Shown here piece by piece: positions 40,701 to 54,918 of a stretch of DNA of 64,000 nucleotides. The stretch's first letter is position 1; every line of letters begins with the position of its first letter. The position numbers and the translations under genes were made by a program. The notes under the pieces were generated by a model. That model had not been told where the DNA came from and made no database searches. It saw only the letters and a list, made by a program, of their open reading frames with translations. This DNA comes from Eledone cirrhosa (taxonomy: Eukaryota): NCBI GenBank assembly GCA_964016885.1, contig OZ024742.1, positions 45,446,001 to 45,510,000 of the forward strand, in the 5' to 3' direction.

Positions 40701-43700
40701 TCATTATTATATATATTTATAATCCTGATCATTATTTTTATACTAGAGATAACCAGGTAATAAATTTTGTGACTAACTGAAGTAAACCAATGTTGTCATT
40801 AATCTAGGTTTCATTCTCCAGAACAAGGATGAAATCTATTGACTGAATTCTATAAAGGAAAGTAGTGTATTTTAGCATTTTTATTTATCTCCTTCAGGAA
40901 AGGGGCTCCAAGTACACCATTAACCAGCATAGCTACTACAAAGTAAGTATTTCTTCTGCTTCTTTACATTCTGAGTTCAAATTCTGCCATGTCAACTTTG
41001 TCTTTCAGCCTCCTGGGGTTGATAAAGTATCCGTCGAGTACTGGGGTTGATTTAATTAACTTTGTTTTTCCCCAAAATTTTCTTCACTTGTGCCTAAATT
41101 AGAAACCAATATTATATTTTAACATGGCACCAGCACTAGGAAGGTTATCCTGTTTGGCAGGTTTTCTATTTTTAGATACCCTGCCTTTCACCAACCACTT
41201 TCATTTGCAAGCAGAGTTTATGGGGCATATGTAGATAGTATAGTGGCTAGTCTAGTTTAATTATTCTATCACTCACTCCGACTACCTCAATTAAATTACC
41301 TGATCTACTCATCTCTCGGCGATTTTGTATGAATCTGGCTGAAGCACCCCTCAGCCTCACTTGCTCACATTTACTCTCTCCTCTTTAACATCTCCAAAAT
41401 ATCACCACACTAACCTTTCCTTGATTCAACATTTATAGTGGCAAATCTGAGGTTCTGTGCTTGATAGGAAAGGGGCTGCATTCTATCAATGGTAACAAAC
41501 CCCACCCTCTAGGTATTGCAAGGTGAGGTAGTGGGGGAGGGCAGCTGGTAACTGGCATCCATAAATGCACTACACTGTAAAAGGAGGTCTGTAGACTTAT
41601 GCTAGGAATAGTGCTGTGAAACCTTTTAGTAGGGTTTAGTTTTAAGAATCTAAAGATTTTCATGCTCAGGATATATTTATTCTTTTAATATATATATATA
41701 TAGTAATAATAATAAATTTGAAGACTAAAATCCAAAGAGGACTCGATAAGGATAAATATATATCAAATATATAAGAACCGTAGAGCAAATATTTATTAAA
41801 ATAACAGATTAAAATTTAAGCAAAGAATCGCTGCTTTCACCCTTAAAACTTTAATCTGTTATTTTAATAAATATATATATATATATATATATAAACCGTG
41901 ATATTGTCGGGGAGAAGTGTGTACTTAATGATGATGGTGTACTTGCCATCACTGACGCTGATAAGAAGGTAGCTTGGAAGTGTCACTACGAAAGGCTTCT
42001 AAATGAGGAGAATAAATGGGAGAAAGACGGTCTCCCCCACATCGACCCAATAAAGGGACCAGCAGTGTTAGTCGAAGGTAGTATAATAAGTAAGGCAATC
42101 AGATATGAAGACGGGTAAGGCGGCTGGGCCTTCGGAAATAGTTGCTGAGATGCTGAAAGCCTCTGGAACGGTGGGACACACCATGGTCACCCGGATAGTA
42201 AACCAAGTCATACAGAATGGGGTTGTTCCGAAGGACTGGTAGCAGCATCATCATTAACTGTTACAAGGGTAAAGGAGATGCCCTAGATAGGAGTAACTAT
42301 AGAGGCATTAAATTAATCGACCAGGTCATGAAGGTCACGGAAAAAGTTATAGCGCAACTAATCAGAGAGAGAATTGATCTAGATGAAATGCAGTTCGGTT
42401 TTGTGTCAGGCAAAAGTACCACAGACGCTCTTTTCATTGTACGACAACTACAGGAGAAGTACCTAGCTAAAAGTAAACCCCTATACTTAGCTTTTGACTT
42501 GGAGAAAGCCTTTGACAGAGTCCCCCGTTCCATTATCTGGTGGGCTCTTAGAAAACTAGGTGTTGACGAATGGCTTGTGAGAGCTATACAAGCCATGTAT
42601 AAAGAAACAGTCAGCAAGGTTAGAATTAACAACGAATATAGTGAAGAGTTTAGTGTAAAAGTTGGTGTCCATCAGGGCTCTGTTCTTAGCCCCCTACTAT
42701 TTATTATTGCCCTTCAGGCTATAACAGTGGAGTTCAAGACCGGCTGCCCATGGGAACTCCTATACGCAGATGATCTAACGCTCATAGCTGAATCAATGAC
42801 CGAGCTAGAGAAGAAATTCCAAACATGGAAGCATGGCCTAGAATCAAAAGGGCTTAAAATTAACCTGGCTAAGACTAAAGTTCTAGTTTGTAGGAAAGAA
42901 AACGAGTCGACGGTCCCTTCCGGGAAATGGCCATGCTCAGTGTGTAGAAAAGGCGTAGGTAGAAACTCCATTTTATGTCCCAAATGCAAAGTATGGGTGC
43001 ATAAAAGATGTAGTGGGATCACAGGTAAGCTAACTAAGAACATAGATTTTACATGTGGCCGGTGCTCTGGTGCAATAAGTAGCAGCAAGTGCCCACAAAA
43101 TACTAGCTCTTTCAATTGCGCAGAGGGTTCTATAGAAATAGTGGACAGCTTCCGTTACCTGGGTGACAAAATCAGCAGTGGGGGAGGGTGCTCTGAAAGT
43201 ACAGTATCTAGAGTCGGAACTGGATGGAAAAAGTTCAGAGAGCTTATACCACTATTAGCCACTAAAGGGTTCTCCCTAAAAATGAAAGGCAGGTTGTATG
43301 ATGCCTGCATACGAACAGCAATGTTGCATGGCAGTGAGACCTGGGCATTGTGTGCAGAGGATATACGCAGACTAGAGAGGAACGAAGCTTGCATGCTCCG
43401 CTGGATGTGTAATAGTAACATATGTGAACGACAAAGCATAAGCGAACTAAGGAAAAAATTAGAAATAAGAGGGATCAGATGTTGTTTACTCGAGAGAAGG
43501 CTTCGTTGGTATGGTCACGTGATGCGCATGAAAGACGACAGCTGTATAATAAAGTGCAGGGCAATAAAGATAGACGGTAGCTACGGAGTAGGCAGACCCA
43601 GAAACACCTGGGACGAGCTGATAAATTCCGACCTCACACACTTACACTTCTCCAAGACAATGTCACTGGACCGAGACCTTTGGCAGTACTCAGTAATAGA

Positions 43701-46700
43701 GAAGACTCGCCTTACCTAAATACAAAGTAAAACCTACTACAGTCAGTAGGCATCTCTAACAAAATACACCCCGTCCCACCACCCCCACCCCATCCACACC
43801 GCTTCTTTCAATGTAAAGTTGTGTTGGTGCCACAACATCCAGGCCGAAACAAATGAGATCGTGTAGGTGTCACGTCAAAAAAACACACAGTTCACGCTGT
43901 AATGTGGCCGTGTAGGCAACACGGTAAAAACCTCCCAGCCCCACTCTGTAAATGTGGTTGGTGTTAGGAAGGGCATCCAGCTGTAGAAAACCCGCCAGAC
44001 AGTCCTATGCGAGCAAGACAATCACTCTTGCCTCAAGTGGGAAAACCCCCGTCCAAACCCATGCAAGCATGGAACACGGACGTTAAACGATGATGATGAT
44101 GATATATATATATATCAATGATATTAATAAATGGAAACCATATTTATTCTATTCTATATATTTCAAGGGTACCAAAACTTTAGTACACTCTCATGAGATA
44201 AAATACAAAGTTTGTTTTATAAATATTGACATATCCAGGAATAAGAACTTAACGGTTCAAGTTTTACCTGGATAGTAAAAGGAAAAAGAGAGGAAAAAAA
44301 AACAAATATTTCAAATTATTTAGATGAATATGCAAATGAGGTTGAGGCGTAGGGCTTTTTAGACGCTAGGTAGATTTAAATAATTATTAGGATATATATA
44401 TGTATGTATAGGAAGAAGAAAGAAAAGCTTGTATTTATATTACTATAATGTATGTGAATTTTAAAAGATTGAAACGTTAAGAATTAAGTTTGTTGGAGTG
44501 GTGGAATATGATTCCAGAATTTAAAAAATATTTAGTTACATTATGAGTTATATATTATATATATAATCAATTAGATTATATGAAGAATTATGGTTGTAAG
44601 TACATTTTATCTTGTATTACAAGAGGTTGTAAGTATATAAATATCTATAGGCACATGGCTTAGTGGTTAGAGCATTGGCTTTGCAATAGAAAGGTTGTGA
44701 GTTCAATTCTCAGACCGGGTGATGTATTGTTTCCTTGAGCAAGACACTTTATTTCACATTGCTCCAGTTTACTCAGCTGTAGAAATGAGATGATAGGACT
44801 GGGGTCCCTATCATTCCACTGCAAAGTGGTCGTGGAGGTGCCACGGCAAAAAAAGTACCCAGCCCACACTGTAAAGTGGACATGTAGGCGCCACAGAACA
44901 AAAGCACCCAGCACTCACTGTAAATGAGGTTGGTGTTAGGAAGGGCATCCAGTTGTAGAAATCAAGCCAGAATCAGTTCCCGTCCCACCCTTGCAAGCAG
45001 GGAAAAGCGGACGAAAAATGAAATGATGATGATAATGAAGTGTATAAATATTATTGGTGATTATATAAATATAAAACACACGTATTAATTTGTTTACATT
45101 TCTAATGAGTTACGAAGGATGTTGATTTTTACATTTTATATATATTAAGAAAAAGACGTAGTTCAAATTATAAGAGAAAAACAATTTGTAGATTCAAATA
45201 TTTTCATCAAACATTGAAAATATTTACAGAACATTATTAATTTAGCGAAATTACATATAATTTATCATACAAATTATGTCTGTTTGCTCAATTGTAAAGG
45301 AAAAGATAACTCCAATATTATTTGTTAATCTATTATTAGATTTGATGAGTAATTTTCTTAGAAAATACGGAAAGTATGTAGAGAAAATTATATATTATTT
45401 TGTGTGAGATTATAAGGTATTTTATATTACATGTTTTCAAGGATGAGAATTTCAATTATATATGTATTATCTACATTGGAAGATGTGTGAAAAGTTTGAA
45501 GATTAAAGAGAAGAACAATGTATTATTAGATAAGTCAAGAGTGCATTTAGAAGAACTATCATCATCATCACCGTTTTACGTCCGTTCTTCCACGCTAGCA
45601 TGGGTTAGATGGGTTGTCCTGTTGTGGGCAGTCTCTGGTCGGCTGACCATGCCTTGCTCATACAGGAACTGATTTGGCTTGATTTCTACAGCTGGATGCC
45701 CTTCCTAACACCAACCTCATTTACAGTGAGTGCTGGGTGCTTTTTCGTGGCGCCTACACGTCCACTTTACAGTTTGGGCTGGGTGCTTTTTTGCCGTGGC
45801 ACCTCCACGACCACCTTGCGGTGTGGGGGCATATTGTCTATATGCTTCAGCTTGTACCCATGGGAGGTCGGGTACTCTGTATTACTGTGTGACGCCAGAA
45901 GTCACGGTCGTGTGTCATTGCCTTTGAGAGGTGTAATTGGGTAAGGTCGGCTTTTATCACCTCATCCCAGGTCATCTTGGGTCTCCCCACTCCGCGGTTT
46001 CCATCAACTTCTAGTGCTCTGCACCTTTTTATGCAGCTGTCATCCTTCATACGCATCACATGTCCATACCAGCGCAACCGCCTCTCCTGCACACAGCATT
46101 TGATTCCTCTTATGCTCAGTCTCTCTCTCAATTCATTTATGCTTTGTCGTTCACGTATATTACTGTTACACATCCATCGGAGCATGCAGGCTTCGTTTCT
46201 CTCTAATCTACGCAAGTCTTCCACCTTCAGCGCCCAGGTCTCACTACCATGCAACATTGCTGTTCGGATACACGCATCATACTGTTTGCCTTTCATTCTG
46301 AGCGAGAAGCCTTTTGTAGCTAGCAGTGGTAGTAGTTCCCTAAACTTCTTCCATCCCGTTCTTACCCTAGTTATTGTACTTTCTGAACACCCACCTCCGC
46401 TGCTAATTCGGTCACCTAGGTAGCAGAAGCTGTCTACTGTTTCTACAGAGCCCTCCCAGAGATTGGTGGTACTTGTTTCCTGTGGCCGTTTGCTGCTGCA
46501 TGTGAAGCTTACATTCTTAATTAAGCTTTCTGAGATCCTGCTACATCTCTTGTGTTCCCATTGTTTGCATTTGGGGCAGAGAATGGAGTTCCTACCTACA
46601 CCTTTCCTACATACTGAGCAAGGCCATTTCCCTGAGGGGATCTGGGTTCTGTTTTCTCGTCTACTTACAAGGACCTTAGTCTTTGTCATGTTGACATTGA

Positions 46701-49700
46701 GACCCTTTCTTTCTAGTCCCTACTTCCAAGTTTGGAATTTATTCTCTAGTTCTACCATAGATTCAGCTATGAGTGCGAGGTCATCAGCATACAGGCGTTC
46801 CCATGGGCATCCGGTCTTAAACTCCTCCGTTATTTCCTGCAGGACTATGATGAACAGGAGGGGGCTAAGAACAGAGCCCTGGTGGACCCCAACCTGTACG
46901 CTAAATTCCTCGCTATACTCATTGCTAATCCTAACTTTTCTGACTGCTCCCCTATACATGGCTTGTACCGCTTTCACAAGCCATTCATCTACTCCTAGTT
47001 TTCTAAGAGCCCACCAGATTACAGCACGTGGAACTCTGTCAAAGGCTTTCTCAAGGTCGACAAATGCCAAGTAGAGTGGCTTACTTTTAGCTAGGTACTT
47101 TTCCTGTAATTGCCTCACAAGGAAGAGGGCATCAGTGGTGCCTCTTCCTGGTACAAACCCAAATTGCATCTCGTCTAGTTTCACCCGGTCCCTAATCAAC
47201 TGTGCTATAACTCTTTCTGTTACTTTCATGACCTGGTCCATCAACTTTATACCTCTATAGTTTCCTCTATCTAGTGCATCACCTTTACCTTAGTAGCAGT
47301 TGACAATGATGCTACTGCACCAATCTTTTGGTATGGCACCTTCTAGTATTACCTGGTTAACAATACGTGTGGTTATAATGTGACCTACAGACCCAGATGC
47401 CTTCAGCATCTCGGCAGCTATACCCGATGGACCGGCTGCCTTCCCCATCTTCATATCTTTGATTGCCTTACTTACTACGCTGCTGCTGACTTGTACTGCT
47501 GGTCCCTCTATAGGGTCTACTTGGGGTAGGGTCTCTTCTTCCCATGCATTCTCCTCATTTAGTAATCTATCATAATGACTCTTCCATGCGTCTTTCTTCT
47601 CAGCACTTGTGAGGGCAAACTCACCTTTATCATTCCGGATACACTTCTCTTCAATGACATCGCAACTATCTCTAACACACTGCCTCGCAATCTTGAATAC
47701 CTCCTGTTTCTGGTCCTCGCGTTGCAAAACATGCTTGAATTTTCTATCCTCTGCTTCCCTCCTAGCTAAGTATACTTGTCGCCTAGCTTCCCTCTTGGTC
47801 TCTATGTAATGTACCCTGCTCCCCCCGTTCTTCCATTCTTTCCATGCCTGTCTCTTGGCCTTAACTGCTTCATCTACCTTATTGTTCCATCACCAAGTCA
47901 CTCTCCTCCTGCTTGAGGTCTTACTCCAGCCACAGACCTCATCCGTCGCCTCTAGTAAATTATTTTTTAGGAACTCCCAGTTCTCTTCTACATAAAATGT
48001 CTCTATCTGTTCTTCTTTGCTGTCGTAGGCGTTGAGTAAAATTTCTTTAAATCTGTTACTGGTTGAGGGGACTTTCAGCTTCCAGATCTTTCTTCTCCAG
48101 GTTGGCCTCTGTTTCCGGGTTCGTCTAGTTCTGACCGTGAGGTCGCTGACAACTAAGCTATGTTGGGATGTACATTCCTCACTAGGGAAGGCTTTTGTGT
48201 TTACGACTGTCCATCTGTCACGTCCTCTGATGAGGATAAAATCTAACTGACTAGAGTGCTCCCCTGATCTATAGGTGATCAGGTGGTTGTCGGGTTTTTT
48301 AAAGTTTGTGTTACATATCGACATGTCATTGGCGTCGCAGAATTCTAGAAGTCTGAATCCTTCCTCATTCCTTGTGCCAACCCCATGGCCTCCATGTACT
48401 CTATTGAAGCCGTCGCAGTGTTTACCTACGTGTCCGTTAAAATCTCTTGCGATGATTAGGAAGTCATTGTCGTCTGTTAGAGCAGTAGTGTGCATTAGGG
48501 ACTCGTAAAACCTATCCTTAAGTTCGTCTGGCAGCCCCGATTGGGGTGCGTAAGCTGATATTATTGTGGTAATTGTTTTGTTCAGGATTAGTCTGAGTTT
48601 AATGATTCTTGCATTTACCCTGTACACTGAGATTACTTTATCTACCCACTTGTCAGCTAGTAGTATACCTACACCACCCATCCCATCGTCATTTCCCACC
48701 CAGAAAAATTTGTAGCACCGACTTTTTCCTACGAGGACTCTGGCAGACTCTCCTCTCCATCTAGTCTCTTGCACACAACATACATCAATTTCCTTTCGTT
48801 CTAGCATTTCTACGATTTCTCCTGCTCTTCCTTTCATTGAGCCTACATTGATGGTACCAACTCGGAGTTTTGGGCATTTGTCGACACTCGTAGGGAAGGG
48901 TCTCTGGGTTGGCGCTTCACGTGGGTGCTTGGTAGCTCGCAGATTCATATTTCATCTATTGATTCAGAGTTGCTCAAATTTATTCTCAGCTCATCCCATA
49001 ACGGTGGGAAAATTGAGGGCTAGAAGAACAGTGGTGGTGGGATAATGGCAGGGTGTGTTGGGCTGAGACAGGGGAGGAGAGAGTTAGTTAGGTACTAGTA
49101 GCAGCAGCAGCCGTAGAAATGGCATGCTGGGGTTTGATTGGTCGAATAGGCTATGGCGGTGTGAGGGGCTGGGAGGGAGGGAAATTGTGAGGTAGGCACT
49201 GAGGGTCGCCTTCAAGACCGCATGGTAAATCCGAAATAATACAGTAGAAAAGCAGGGTAAATCCGAAATAATACAGCAGAAAACATCAGTAATATTAATA
49301 ATAGAAAAGCAGGGTAAATCCGAAATAATACAGCAGAAAACATCAGTAATATTAATAATAATAACGTTATAAGAGCTAAGATACCTTCTAAAATTTGTAT
49401 GGATGGGTGGCTGGAACGAAACCGAATCAACTCTAGTGACACATTTTAGCAGATAAGGAGAAAGTGTCTTATCTCTTGGTAAAAAATATCGTAAAGAGGA
49501 TATCTTTCAGAATGTCAATTAAAAAGTATCAATCTAAAAAAAAATATAAATATAAAAAATAGATTAAGAAAAGAATATCAATTGGTAAAAAATACTAAAT
49601 TTAAGAAGAAAAAGATCATTTAAAAAAACCCCCAAAAAACCCTCACTAAACAACAGAATCATTTTAAAGATGTATAAGACGTAGTCAAGTGTAATGAATA

Positions 49701-52700
49701 TTATAGATTAAAAATACTTCGGAAAGTGAATTTTTGGCGATGTCTGCAAGAACTGAATAATTCGCTTTTTAAATTAATAGAGTTTTGACAGTTAATTATA
49801 TAAAAAATTTCCTCGATACACAAATGTCAGATTCTTGAGAAAGCCATATTTTAGTATGCAGGTGCTTTCGAAATTGTTTCCCAAGATATTGAATAGTCTA
49901 TATTGTTGTCCTTTAACCCTTTAGCATTCAAAGCGACAAAAACCGACAAGATTATGTCCCCTTTCATTTATTCAAACCGACAAAAACCGACATTTAATAC
50001 CACACGGAGATTTCCTTCTAAAAATAAACATTGACATCATCGAAATCTCGTCAATTCGAGATTACTGCGAGATAAAGCCCTTACGCGCGAAAATTAACTC
50101 TTAGTATAGTGAAAGAACTTGCGATAACACGTGTTTTTAACGTTGAAAGTGTAACATGGCTTCCGAAAGTAGCGACAACGAATTTGAAGGTTTTACGTCC
50201 GACGACATTCGAGATCAGAAAGAAACAGAAGATAATATCAGTGATTTATCTTCAAACGAATCAGATATATTTATTTCTGATATATCTGATAATGATGATA
50301 GTTACTTTGAAAGTGAAAGAGAAGATTTGACTGACACCATTGAAAAAATAGCAACGTGGTTGAAAGAAACATCGATACATGTTTCGGATTTTACTAAAAT
50401 ATTGGACCACAACACACATTACCACCCGATGCTAAAGCACTGGATTATTATTTTTTAATTTTACCACAATCTTTCTTCGAAGTTGTGGCAAATCGCTATG
50501 CACAACAACAAATTTCTAATATCGGAAAACCTGATCTGTTATGTTGTCCGACAGATTCTGCCGAAATGAAAGCGTTTTTTACCATAAATATTATGTTTGG
50601 TATTAAACAATTTCCACGACTGTGGAATTATTGGAGTACTGATATAAGGTTTGGTGACCCTTATATCATCATCATCACCGTTTTACGTCCGTTCTTCCAC
50701 GCTAGCATGGGTTAGACGGGTTGTCCTGTTGTGGGCAGTGTCTGGTCGGCTGACCATGCCTTGCTCATACAGGAACTGATCTGGCTTGATTTCTACAGCT
50801 GGATGCCCTTCCTAACACCAACCTCATTTACAGTGAGTGCTGGGTGCTTTTTCGTGGCGCCTACACGTCCACTTTACAGTGTGGGCTGGGTGCTTTTTTG
50901 CCGTGGCACCTCCACGACCACCTTGCGGTGGGGGGGGGGTGGGGGGGCATATTGTTTATATGCTTCAGCATGTACCCATGGGAGGTCGGGTACCCTGTAT
51001 TACTGCGTGACGCCAGAAGTCACGGTCGTGTGTCATTGACTTTGAGAGGTGTAGTTGGGTAAGGTCGGCTTTTATCACCTCATCCCAAGTCATCTTGGGT
51101 CTCCCCACTCCGCGGTTTCCATCAACTTCTAGTGCTCTGCACCTTTTTATGCAGCTGTCATCCTTCATACGCATCACATGTCCATACCAGCGTAACCGCC
51201 TCTCCTGCACGCAGCATTTGATTCCTCTTATGCTCAGTCTCTCTCTCAATTCATTTATGCTTTGTCGTTCACGTATATTACTGTTACACATCCATCGGAG
51301 CATGCAGGCTTCGTTTCTCTCTAATCTACGTAAGTCTTCCACCTTCAGCGCCCAGGTCTCACTACCATGCAACATCGCTGTTCGGATACACGCATCATAC
51401 AGTCTGCCTTTCATTCTGAGGGAGAAGCCTTTTGCAGCTAGCAGTGGTAGTAGTTCCCTAAACTTCTTCCATCCCGTTCTTACCCTAGTTATTGTACTTT
51501 CTGAGCACCCACCTCCGTTGCTAATTCGGTCACCTAGGTAGCAGAAGCTGTCTACTGTTTCTACAGGGCCCTCCCAGAGATTGGTGGTACTTGTTTCCTG
51601 TGGCTGTTTGCTTGCTGTTTCAGCACAGCTGCTGCATGTGAATCCTACATTCTTAATTAAGCTTCCTGAGATCCCGCTACATCTCTTGTGTACCCATTGT
51701 TTGCATTTGGGGCAAAGAATGGAGTTCCTACCTACACCTTTCCTACATACTGAGCAAGGCCATTTCCCTGAGGGGATCTGGGTTCTGTTTTCTCGTCTAC
51801 TTATAAGGACCTTAGTCTTTGTCATGTTGACTTTGAGGCCCTTTCTCTCTAGTCCCTGCTTCCAGGTTTGGAATTTATTCTCTAGTTCTACCATAGATTC
51901 AGCTATGAGTGCGAGGTCATCAGCATACAGGAGTTCCCATGGGCATCCGGTCTTAAACTCCTCCGTTATTGCCTGCAGGACTATGATGAACAGGAGAGGG
52001 CTAAGAACAGAGCCCTGGTGGACCCCAACCTGTACGCTAAATTCCTCGCTATACTCATTGCCAATCCTAACTTTGCTGACTGCTCCCCTATACATGGCTT
52101 GTACCGCTTTCACAAGCCATTCATCTACTCCTAGTTTTCTAAGAGCCCACCAGATTACTGCACGTGGAACTCTGTCAAAGGCTTTCTCAAGGTCGACAAA
52201 TGCCAAGTAGAGTGGCTTACTTTTAGCTAGGTACTTTTCCTGTAATTGCCTCACAAGGAAGAGCGCATCAGTGGTGCCTTTCCCTGGAACAAACCCAAAT
52301 TGCATCTCGTCTATATTCACCCGGTCCCTAATCAGCTGTGCTATAACTCTTTCTGTTACTTTCATGACCTGGTCCATCAACTTTATACCTCTATAGTTTC
52401 CTCTATCTAGTGCATCGCCTTTACCTTTGTAGCAGTTGACAATGATGCTACTGCACCAATCTTTTGGTATGGCCCCCTCTAGTATTACCTGGTTAACGAT
52501 ACGTGTGGTTATAGTGTGACCTACAGACCCAGATGCCTTCAGCATCTCGGCAGCTATACCCGATGGACCGGTTGCCTTCCCTATCTTCATATCTCTGATT
52601 GCCTTACTTACTACGCTGCCGCTGACTTGTACTGCTGGTCCCTCTATAGGGTCTACGTGGGGTAGGGTCTCTTCTTCCCATGCATTCTCCTCATTTAGTA

Positions 52701-54884
52701 ATCTATCATAATGACTCTTCCATGCATCTTTCTTCTCAGCACTTGTGAGGGCAAGCTCACCTTTATCATTCCGGATACACTTCTCTCCAATGACATCACA
52801 ACTATCTCTGACACACTGCCTCGCAATCTTGAATACCTCCTGTTTCTGGTCCTCACGTTGTAAAACATGCTTGAATTTTCTATCCTCTGCTTCCCTCCTA
52901 GCCAAGTATACTTGTCGCCTAGCTTCCCTCTTGGTCTCTATGTAATGTACCCTGCTCCCCCCGTTCTTCCATATATCTAGTATTATGGCAAAAACGAGAT
53001 TCATTAAATTAAACCAGTATTTGCATCTGGTTGATACTTCAAATGCTCCTGGTAGAAATGAATCAAATTACGACCCACTGTACAAAGTACGACCATTAAT
53101 TGAAATATTGTCAGACAAATTTAAAAGTGTGTATAAACTTATATATTGGGAACTTTCTATTACGTAATTTTACACCGTACATTTACAGAGTACATTGCCA
53201 ATATTATTTTGACCGGTGAAAAGGTTTTATACATTTTTTTCAATGAAAATATTTGCCTGGAATGTAGAGAAAGACTAAAACCGTGTACTGATTACACCTG
53301 CATTTTTAATTAATTCACCTGTTCAGAAAACTGCTAGAATTGATGGAAATCAGCATCTAGGTCATTATTGGATTTTTTTGCAACAAATCTAACAGATAAA
53401 GTTTAAATTTTTGTGTTTATCCATAAAGTTATTACTTTTACACCTGTTAATTAATTTCACCTGCCCATAAAAGTCAAATTTAACAAAAAAAATCAGGTAA
53501 AAATATATAATTGTAAATTATAGTTATTTAAACATCTACTGACAAAATTTCAAGTCTGCACATAGAAAATTAAAGTAATTACAAACAAATAAAATTGATA
53601 ACCCTCTTGAGTATAATTAAGTGAAAATAATGCGAATAGATGAACATGACATTTGACAATTCAATGTGAATGCTAAAGGGTTAAATTCAAAATTAGATGT
53701 GAAAGTGAAGTGGATGATTTTTTTTTTATTGGACCTATTAAATGTGTTTGGTTATACCAGCGTTCTTTGAATTTTGTAGAAGTGGCACCTATATAGTTAA
53801 ATATTTTGTCTTTAGTTTTTACTGTGCATTTATAAATTAAGTTTTTGTCTAAGCAATTGTTTTGTAAAGGGCAGTTTGATTACACTTTCGGGAGTTGTTG
53901 TTACTAGAAACGGTACTATTAGTATGAATATTGTTATTATAATGAATTTTATGATGATTTATCATGTTATTGTTGTCTAAGTATTTAATTTTATTTGAGT
54001 ATCCTGCTCTATGTAAAGCCTCATTGAAATATTCTGCCTTATTATCAAAAATATTTTTATTAGCAGAGATGCGTGAAATTTGTTGCTGGACACTATTGAC
54101 AATAGTATTTTTTATATTTCTAGGATGATTAGAATTGAAACTTGCGTAATTTAGATTTTCATTAATTTTATGGAATAGATAATAAAAACCTGAGCTAAGG
54201 TTTAAAGTTACATCTAAGAAGTTAATGATTTTATAATTATTCTTGATTTCTAAATTAAGGTTGTAGTTGTTGAAAAACTGTATTATGGATTTCTTTTTCC
54301 TATTAATTTCACTATTGTTATGGTTTTCGATTAAAAGTAACATATCGTCACGATATAAACCTCTGGTCATCTCTGGCATTTTTCTATGCAGTACATTAAT
54401 AAATGAGTCAGATGATCCCATAGTAATACCAAAATTATTTTGATATCCAGAGATGGTTATTATATTCTATTAGGATTTTACGTGCGGTTAGAATGATATT
54501 CATTTTTTCACTAGATAGGTCAGTATGTTTAGAAGCGTAGATAAGTGCCTTATTAAATAAGCTAGGGGTAATAGAGGAGTAGTAATTTGCAATATCCATT
54601 TGAATAAATTTTTTCTTATGTTTTAATTTTATGTCAATATTTATAAAACAAACTTTGTATTTTATCTGATGAGAGCGTACCAAAGTTTTGGTACCCTTGA
54701 AATATATATAATAGAATAAATATGGTTTTATAAATATAGTTTCCATTTATTAATATCATTGATATTATACTCCAGAAAACCTGTCGAGTGCTTCAAATCT
54801 GTTATAAATATATATATTTGTTGAATTACCAACAAATTAAATATCCCTTTGCTTATCATCATCATCATACGTCCGCTTTTCCCT

Positions 54885-54918
<34 letters not shown>

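Larger units (their letters stand above)
44112..54850 (-). mobile_element. Degenerate Penelope-like element split by three later insertions
   Basis: RT motifs [32 protein letters not shown] at 53849-54620. [15 protein letters not shown] at about 53750-53800; [16 protein letters not shown] at about 49800-49910. Mutually inverted pLTR blocks at 44112-44275 and 54630-54850. Confidence 0.8.

Noticed and set aside
44650-44725. tRNA gene
   Set aside because: A and B boxes are present, but the sequence continues into a SINE core and RTE tail and has no proper acceptor stem.
50156-53167. Domesticated PGBD gene inside ALDH7A1
   Set aside because: Frameshifted, interrupted by RTE-B, missing the catalytic core and still bounded by TIRs; a dead transposon.
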